NCBI GenBank assembly: GCA_036125855.1
Contig: JAYZTT010000001.1
Location: 7,917-71,916, forward strand
Source of the DNA: Planctomycetota bacterium
GTDB taxonomy: Bacteria; Planctomycetota; UBA8108; UBA1146
Length of the DNA: 64,000 nt
Reading direction: 5' to 3'
The notes under the pieces were generated by a model. It ran no database searches and was not told the origin of the DNA. It saw nothing but the letters and a program-made list of their open reading frames with translations. The position numbers and the translations under genes were made by a program. Positions 58,274 through 64,000 of this stretch are shown here, piece by piece. Every line of letters begins with the position of its first letter. Position 1 is the first letter of the stretch.

Positions 58274-58328
58274 GTTTTCATTTCATCCCACCGCAACGAA
58301 AAGTTCCACTGATCGTCAGGGAACTTCT

Positions 58329-58781
58329 TCACTCCGCTGCGTTCCAGCGATCGTCTATCAAATCATATTGATGGAGATCTGTAGAATCGAAGAACAGCTC
58401 GAGCTCACGTTGAGCTGCTTCAGGACTATCGGAGCCATGAACCAGATTGAAGCCATTCGAAATGCCGAAATCACCGCGAATGGTCCCCGCATCGGCATCA
58501 CAGCCGAAGGTAGCTCCCATCAGCTTACGACAGACACTGATCGCCTTGTTGCCCTCCAGTGCCAGCGCAACAACCGGTCCCGATGTCATGAATCCAACCA
58601 GACCTTCATAGAAAGGCTTGCCCTGATGGGCCTCGTAATGGGTGGCGGCCAGTTCGTCACTGATCTGCATCAATCTCATGCCGATCACCTTGAGGCCCTT
58701 CCGTTCGAATCTCTCGATGATGGGCCCTACCAGGCGTCTCTGAACGGCATCTGGCTTGAGGAGGATGAGCGTGCGCTCCAT
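58329..58781 (-). CDS. ndk: Nucleoside-diphosphate kinase
   Basis: MERTLILLKPDAVQRRLVG, and NLVHGSDS (the active-site His). Confidence 0.95.
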   Translation of the reverse strand: MERTLILLKPDAVQRRLVGPIIERFERKGLKVIGMRLMQISDELAATHYEAHQGKPFYEGLVGFMTSGPVVALALEGNKAISVCRKLMGATFGCDADAGTIRGDFGISNGFNLVHGSDSPEAAQRELELFFDSTDLHQYDLIDDRWNAAE

Positions 58782-59002
58782 CGTTCCATTCCTTCCCTCA
58801 GGGGTTAATTACCCCCGGATGGTATGCTTCTTCGCGGCAGGATCTATTTCCAATCAGATCCTGGGGGGATTTTCCGGAATCGAAAAAGATCCCGGAAACC
58901 TGGCCCGACGTGGGAACGGTCCCGACGTCCCGTAGCAGTAGATTCTCGCGTCTGGATTGCCGATTTCCAGTAGATCGGGCCAGGCGAAACGGAGGTCGTG
59001 CG

Positions 59003-60571
59003 ATGGAGTCCGCCCGGGAAGCCCAGCATCCTGCCGCATTACGCGAAATTCTGGCGCTGAAGGATGCACCTTCTCTCGACCACATTCCGCTCATCCTGGC
59101 TGAAATCGACTCGTTGGAGGCATTTCAGCCGTTCATGGACCTGCTGGTGGAAACCTCTGGGTCGGAGCGAGCCTTCCTGCTGCACAAGCAATCCGACGAC
59201 AGCTGGAACTGTCTGCTGGCTCGAAATCTGGATGGCGAAACGATTCGCCAGCCACTCGACAAGATCCTGTGGCCCTTGCTCGATAGAGCTCGCCAGCAGA
59301 AGGAACCATGGAATTGCTCCGATGTGGCCAGTCTTCCTGACCGAGAACGGTGGGATCGTGAACACCTCCCCCGCATACAATCGGTCCATATCGTCCCGCT
59401 CGGAGCCGAACACTATCTCTACATCGACCATCGCTTTCAGGCACTCAACGCCAATGCTGTAGAAGATCCCCTGATGGCAATTGCAACGATGGCGATGCAG
59501 TACGCCATCGCTCAGTCAGGTCACAAAGATGCGCAAGAAAAATCTCGAGCGCACACCAGATCCTCTGCTGATGGTCCTGCGACCGATTCAAACCCTAGCG
59601 CCAGGGAATCAAGCAAGGGTGAGATCATCGGAAAACATCCTGATCTGATCGCGATGAAAAAACTCATCGATCGAGTGGCTGATAGTAACGCCCCGATTCT
59701 GATCACCGGTGAAAGTGGAACCGGAAAAGAACTCGCTGCACGATTGATTCACGACAAGAGCAGCCGGTCTTCGCGCCGATTCGTCAGTGAAAATTGTGGC
59801 GCCATCGCTGAAAGCCTGCTGGAGACCGAGCTGTTTGGCTGCGTCGAGGGAGCTTACACCGGAGCTACAAAAGACCGACTCGGAATATTTGAACAGGCTA
59901 ACGGCGGCACGATTTTCCTGGATGAGATTGGTGATACCTCCCCCGGTCTACAGAAGAAACTGCTCAGGGTCATCCAGGAAAAGGTACTGAGACGCGTTGG
60001 TGGCCAGGAACTGATCGAGGTCGATGTGAGAATCGTATCCGCCACCAATCGAGATCTTGCAAGGGAAGTGAAGGATCGAAATTTCCGTGAAGATCTCTAT
60101 TACCGCCTGAATGTGATCAATGTTCACCTGCCACCGCTACGAGATCGGGGGCAAGACATCGAATTGCTGGCACAACACTTCCTCGATCAGATCAACCGCC
60201 AACAGGGCACGAGCCAGCAGCTCAACGATGATCTGATCTCGGCTCTGAACCGTCACCGCTGGCCCGGCAACATCCGCGAACTCCAGAATGAGATCCGGCG
60301 TGTACATGCCTTATCCGATGAGGTGCTCGATGCGGCCCAGCTGGCCCTCAACGGGCCCCAGCAGCAGTCCAAAAGCAGCGCGATGATCGATCTGGATCGG
60401 GTCAGAGAAGCCGGCTCTCTGAAGAAAGCCATCGAGAAGCTGGAGGCGGAGTGGATCGAACAGGCGCTGAAACGCTTCCAGGGCAACAAGGGCCAGGTAT
60501 GCCAGTGGCTTGGAATTCCAAAAACTACACTCTATGCCAAGATGCGTAGATACGGCCTCGCCAGCGACTGA
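59003..60571 (+). CDS. Sigma-54-dependent transcriptional activator (GAF-like N-domain + AAA+ + Fis HTH) with a GAYTGA loop variant
   Basis: The ATG at 59003 after GGAGG. GESGTGKELAARLIH, GCVEGAYTGA, GGTIFLDEI, NIRELQN, and the HTH QVCQWLGIPKTTLYAKMRRYGL. Confidence 0.9.
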   Translation: MESAREAQHPAALREILALKDAPSLDHIPLILAEIDSLEAFQPFMDLLVETSGSERAFLLHKQSDDSWNCLLARNLDGETIRQPLDKILWPLLDRARQQKEPWNCSDVASLPDRERWDREHLPRIQSVHIVPLGAEHYLYIDHRFQALNANAVEDPLMAIATMAMQYAIAQSGHKDAQEKSRAHTRSSADGPATDSNPSARESSKGEIIGKHPDLIAMKKLIDRVADSNAPILITGESGTGKELAARLIHDKSSRSSRRFVSENCGAIAESLLETELFGCVEGAYTGATKDRLGIFEQANGGTIFLDEIGDTSPGLQKKLLRVIQEKVLRRVGGQELIEVDVRIVSATNRDLAREVKDRNFREDLYYRLNVINVHLPPLRDRGQDIELLAQHFLDQINRQQGTSQQLNDDLISALNRHRWPGNIRELQNEIRRVHALSDEVLDAAQLALNGPQQQSKSSAMIDLDRVREAGSLKKAIEKLEAEWIEQALKRFQGNKGQVCQWLGIPKTTLYAKMRRYGLASD

Positions 60572-60764
60572 TCGACGCTTCGATTTTTCTGTTCCATTCC
60601 TGGACAGCTGATCCCAGATTCGAACTTGCACCGGCGCGCAGCCCCCCCCGATCTGCACTCCTGCTCCCAACCGTGAGCTTTCCCTGCGGGCCCGATTATT
60701 GCCACTGTCTTGCCGAATCAGGATCAGAACCAACCCACCTGGGTGACGGATCAGGAGGCGCATC

Positions 60765-62414
60765 GTGAAGCCGTTCCAGGATCGATTAGAAAAACTATTG
60801 AAGACGATCTCGGGCCAGAATTCGGTCCAGTTCACAGAGATTGTCAAAATCCTTCCCGAGTTAGCCAGCCATGAAAAGAAACTGGAAAAGGTACGTGCTC
60901 TGGTCACCGAACTGGGCTGCGAAATTACCGGAACCCCGGGACAAGAGGACATTCCTGCAGATCTCGACAGTGCTGAGTTCAACGAAGAGGAAGCCAAGGA
61001 AGCGGAGAAGGAGATCGAAGCCGATCTGAAAACAGCTGCCGAGGCGGAAGATATGGCCGTCAAGGCGCTCGATGACCCGATCCGCATGTACTTCTCCCAG
61101 ATGGCTGCGATTCCCCTTCTGACCCGCGACGAAGAGATCCTCTACGCCAAGGAGATTGAACAGAGCCAGAAGGAACTGGTGCGTCATCTCTACCAGACTT
61201 CCCTCGGTCAATCAGAAGCACTTCTGTTGCTGGAGCAAATCTCGAACCAAACTCGTCTCGTCGAGAAGAGTCTCGATCTCACCCTGTCACGAAAAGGAGA
61301 TCGCCACGCATTCTTCGATCGTTTGCATAAAGAACTTCCGAAGATGCACTCTCTTTTCGAGGCCAACACACATGAATCTCTCGCCCTGGAAGATCTTTCT
61401 CTGTCCGATGTAACAGAGCGGCCAAAGATGGAGAAGCGACTTCACAACCGGATTCTACGGCTGGCAAGAATGCTCGAGTCGTACCAGGTAAAGATGAAGT
61501 ACGTCAGCCGGTGGCAGGAAAAGATCGCCAATCTTGGATTGAAACTGGAGGAGGTGATCGTCGGTCTGAGAATCCGGAACAAGAGAACCATCGCCACCGA
61601 ATTCGATGAGATCAATGAAGCAATCCTCGAACCATACCCGGCCTTCATCGAGCGTGGACGAGAGATCACTGTTCAGTTCAAGCGTTATGCCAGTGCCAAG
61701 GGCAGCCTTTCATCCGGAAACCTGCGCCTGGTCGTCAGTGTTGCGAAGAAATACAGAGGTAGAGGACTCACCTTTCTCGATCTGATCCAGGAGGGAAACA
61801 CCGGCTTGATGCGTGCTTGTGAAAAGTACGAGTACCGTAAGGGCTACAAGTTCTCGACCTACGCAACCTGGTGGATCCGCCAGGCGATCAGTCGAGCCAT
61901 CGCCGAAAAATCCCGCATGGTCCGCCTGCCCGTCTACATGTCAGAAACGATGAGCAAGCTCGGCGGAATCAGTCGCGAGTACCTGCAGAAAACAGGAAAA
62001 AGGCCGGATCTTCACGAAATTGCCAAGGAACTGGAAGTCCCGGAAGAAGAACTGCAAGCGATGATCCGATTGAGCAGATCTCCCGTTTCACTCTCGACTC
62101 CGGTAGGACCCGAGGAAGATTCAACATTCGGTGACTTCATAGAAGATCACCGTTTCACTTCTCCTTCCGAAACGATCTCAGCTGAGGCATTAAAAGGTCG
62201 GATGGGACATGTCCTGGAAACCCTGAGCCTCCGCGAGCGAGAGGTCATCAAGATGCGATTTGGGATCGGTAGAGATGACACTTACACCCTGGAAGAGCTG
62301 GGCAAGAAGTTCAAGGTTACGCGTGAACGCATCCGGCAGATCGAGATCCGTGCACTGAAGAAACTTCGCCATCCAGTTCGGTCCAGAAATCTGGAAGGTT
62401 TCCTGGACGAGTAA
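60765..62414 (+). CDS. rpoD: Primary RNA polymerase sigma factor (sigma-70)
   Basis: Region 2 [41 protein letters not shown], and region 4 [33 protein letters not shown] start after AGGAGG. Confidence 0.95.
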   Translation: MKPFQDRLEKLLKTISGQNSVQFTEIVKILPELASHEKKLEKVRALVTELGCEITGTPGQEDIPADLDSAEFNEEEAKEAEKEIEADLKTAAEAEDMAVKALDDPIRMYFSQMAAIPLLTRDEEILYAKEIEQSQKELVRHLYQTSLGQSEALLLLEQISNQTRLVEKSLDLTLSRKGDRHAFFDRLHKELPKMHSLFEANTHESLALEDLSLSDVTERPKMEKRLHNRILRLARMLESYQVKMKYVSRWQEKIANLGLKLEEVIVGLRIRNKRTIATEFDEINEAILEPYPAFIERGREITVQFKRYASAKGSLSSGNLRLVVSVAKKYRGRGLTFLDLIQEGNTGLMRACEKYEYRKGYKFSTYATWWIRQAISRAIAEKSRMVRLPVYMSETMSKLGGISREYLQKTGKRPDLHEIAKELEVPEEELQAMIRLSRSPVSLSTPVGPEEDSTFGDFIEDHRFTSPSETISAEALKGRMGHVLETLSLREREVIKMRFGIGRDDTYTLEELGKKFKVTRERIRQIEIRALKKLRHPVRSRNLEGFLDE

Positions 62415-62456
62415 CCACGGCCGATTCAACACAAGAAATCACAAGAGAGCCGGAGT

Positions 62457-62493
62457 CTGACTCGCGCCCCCCCGTCGCTCCGACGGGAGTCAG
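62457..62493. terminator. Compound hairpin between convergent rpoD and a hypothetical gene (probable terminator)
   Basis: CTGACTC pairs with GAGTCAG, and CCGTCG pairs with CGACGG, around the loop CTC. There is an 8-nt 5' bulge that contains a C7 run. A T-rich tail (TCTCTTTTCATTT) follows a few nt downstream. Confidence 0.45.
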
Positions 62494-62514
62494 GATCCGT
62501 CTCTTTTCATTTAT

Positions 62515-63081
62515 CTATACCTTACCCATCACCCAGCGCGCTCGGATGAAATCGACTCCACCGATACTCACTCCCCCCTCAAACAGCCCTTTTCCATCAG
62601 CTAGCTTTTGCACCTGTTGAGCTCTCAGATGCAGAGTCCCCGGAACAATCATCTCTGATTCCACTTCCAGGGTCTCGATCTCCAGGACTTGAGGAATTTG
62701 CTGCCCTTCACTGGTCTGCCAGACCCTCGGAATCACCGAGGCTGGAGCGGACTCCGATAAGATTACCACCAGAGCTAACTGCTCCAGAGCAGACATGGCG
62801 GTGGTAGAAGGAAAGACAAAAGTGTTTTTTTCTCCAACCCGATGCACATCTCCATTGGAAACAGCCTTCTGGGCTATCGCCATCTCTCCGGGCTGCAGAG
62901 AATGAATCCGATCCAGCAGTATACGATCCTTGTCGATCGGCAAGAGTTGACGCAGATCCTCCGCATCCAGGGATAACACCCCGTCCGCAATCGATCGATG
63001 CTGGTCCCAGCGCAACCCATCCCCGTTCATCGCCAAAATTACCTCGTACACTTTCCTTAGGTCGTTCAATATCGAAATCAA
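62515..63081 (-). CDS. Hypothetical protein
   Basis: A 188-aa ORF convergent with rpoD. No recognisable motifs. The start is uncertain (TTG 63081 or ATG 63030). Confidence 0.5.
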   Translation of the reverse strand: MISILNDLRKVYEVILAMNGDGLRWDQHRSIADGVLSLDAEDLRQLLPIDKDRILLDRIHSLQPGEMAIAQKAVSNGDVHRVGEKNTFVFPSTTAMSALEQLALVVILSESAPASVIPRVWQTSEGQQIPQVLEIETLEVESEMIVPGTLHLRAQQVQKLADGKGLFEGGVSIGGVDFIRARWVMGKV

Positions 63082-63182
63082 AAGAGATGGAGCCGATGGA
63101 TGGTCAGGCCCCTCTCAGGTAGTCTGACCTAACCTGGGAGGATAGCATCCCCTTTCCAGCGACTGAATAGGAGCTCAACAGC

Positions 63183-63884
63183 GTGAACTTGCCTTTCCCC
63201 GAAAAAAACCTCTCTGCCAATAGCCTCAAGTGTTCCTTCGGTGAGCTGGATCTCGATCTCGACGTGCCGACCGGAGTCTGGAATCCGACCCCCAATGGAG
63301 TCCTCCTGGGCCAGCAGCTGGAATCGATGGATTTCACTGGCGAGAGTATCCTCGAACTGGGGACCGGCTGCGGTGTGCATGCCATCGTGCTTGGCCTGAG
63401 GGGCGCGCGGGAGATGCTGCTGACCGACATCGACGATGAAATCCTGTCACACGCCAAGCACAATCTCGACAAGCACGGAGTCGATACCAAGACTCGATTT
63501 CTGGTAGCCGATTGGATCCAGGTGGAAGCATCTGGCTACGATACCCTCGTTGCCAATCCTCCCTACTGTGTCGCGGGAACAACATATCGTCGCTATTTCA
63601 TCGACACTTTGATTCTGGAAGCCCACAAATTGCTACGTCCGGGTGGTCGAATACTATTCATTCACTCGACGATGGCGGACTCTCCACGGACCATTCGCCT
63701 GATGGAAGATTGCGGAATGTCGGTTCGAATTCTTGCTGAGAAGGACTTTCCCTTCCGCAATTATTATTTTGACGATCCGTCATTTTTGCTCGAGATGGCA
63801 AAGATTCCAGGCTCCTACACCATCAGAGATGGCGTCCACCATGAGAGATTGATGGTCTTCGAAGGTACCCTTCCCGAAGCCTAG
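63183..63884 (+). CDS. Class I SAM-dependent methyltransferase (HemK/PrmC-like, NPPY type)
   Basis: The SAM motif I ILELGTGCGVHAIVL and the catalytic LVANPPY. GTG start after AGGAG. Confidence 0.8.
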   Translation: MNLPFPEKNLSANSLKCSFGELDLDLDVPTGVWNPTPNGVLLGQQLESMDFTGESILELGTGCGVHAIVLGLRGAREMLLTDIDDEILSHAKHNLDKHGVDTKTRFLVADWIQVEASGYDTLVANPPYCVAGTTYRRYFIDTLILEAHKLLRPGGRILFIHSTMADSPRTIRLMEDCGMSVRILAEKDFPFRNYYFDDPSFLLEMAKIPGSYTIRDGVHHERLMVFEGTLPEA

Positions 63885-64000
63885 GGCATCACCGTATTGC
63901 CATCGCAGATCACCGTTGCAGCTTGCTCCAGTTCGGGCGACAGGAACCGGTCTCCCTTTTTCCGCGGGATCAATTTCCGAATCGCTTGAATCCTCTTCTC
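63881..64000 (-). CDS. 3' end of an unidentified gene that continues beyond the window
   Basis: The minus-strand frame is open from nt 64000 to the TAG at 63881..63883 (...EKRIQAIRKLIPRKKGDRFLSPELEQAATVICDGNTVMP*). It overlaps the methyltransferase stop by 4 nt. Confidence 0.3.
   Translation of the reverse strand, partial: EKRIQAIRKLIPRKKGDRFLSPELEQAATVICDGNTVMP

Noticed and set aside
60617-60627. GTTCGAATC (a tRNA T-loop-like sequence) on the minus strand in the rpoD leader
   Set aside because: The flanking bases cannot form a T-stem, and no acceptor or anticodon arms can be drawn. It is not a tRNA.
60311-61087. 258-aa minus-strand ORF spanning the end of the sigma-54 activator and the start of rpoD
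   Set aside because: It has a low-complexity, Ser/Ala-rich translation and is antisense to two well-supported genes.
1-64000. Mobile elements, prophage or defence islands
   Set aside because: I recognised no integrase, transposase, recombinase, restriction-modification, toxin-antitoxin or phage structural genes. Apart from the region noted at 4.2-5.6 kb, no compositional island was evident.

Overview
The window is moderately GC-rich and almost entirely coding, with about 50 protein genes. I recognised no rRNA, tRNA, CRISPR array, transposase or integrase by eye. All calls rest on reading the supplied ORF track and the raw sequence, using motif memory only, with no database searches.

The gene content suggests a PVC/Planctomycetota-like bacterium (inference only). 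It includes two large Ser/Thr kinases with TPR arrays, two sigma-54 enhancer-binding proteins, sulfatases, a giant PKD/HYR surface protein, a protein with a dockerin-like C-terminus, and many TTG/GTG starts.

Layout:
- 1-4.2 kb: envelope and central-metabolism genes (sulfatase-family fragment, apgM, GT4 glycosyltransferase, rhomboid).
- 4.2-11.5 kb: membrane Ser/Thr kinase, secreted LamG/dockerin protein, DUF445 protein.
- 11.5-19.5 kb: a stand-alone archaeal-type ThrRS-editing-domain homologue, divergent from a tightly packed plus-strand operon (kinase-AAA-TPR, GAF-sigma54 activator, DUF503, MBL-fold protein).
- 19.5-21.9 kb: acyl-CoA dehydrogenase and mnmA.
- 21.9-26.7 kb: a roughly 1,590-aa PKD/HYR protein.
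- 27.1-28.0 kb: a tandem thioredoxin-fold gene interrupted by an in-frame TGA at the first Cys position of its second CxxC motif (candidate selenoprotein).
- 28.2-30.6 kb: SEC-C protein, VOC protein, sulfatase.
- 30.6-37.2 kb: TonB, TonB-dependent receptor, DinB-like protein, lipase-like lipoprotein.
- 37.3-51.3 kb: a long minus-strand housekeeping array (ybeY, pgpH, phoH, cdsA, uppS, purA, serS, an orphan gene, ribD, miaB, ubiB-like, a small helical protein).
- 51.3-51.7 kb: an unusual structured intergenic region.
- 51.7-56.6 kb: aminotransferase, HExxH membrane protein, a divergent MreB-like actin, a coiled-coil protein and a lipoprotein.
- 56.7-64 kb: NFACT/RqcH-like protein, ndk, a second sigma-54 activator, rpoD, a hypothetical protein and a methyltransferase.

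The observations most worth following up:
- the UGA/Sec recoding candidate;
- the divergent actin-like/coiled-coil gene pair;
- the kinase-to-sigma54-activator operon;
- the bacterial stand-alone ThrRS-editing-domain homologue;
- the cohesin-like/dockerin-like pair;
- the G7/G8/C7 plus CAATTG complementary elements around an orphan terminator at 51.3-51.7 kb.
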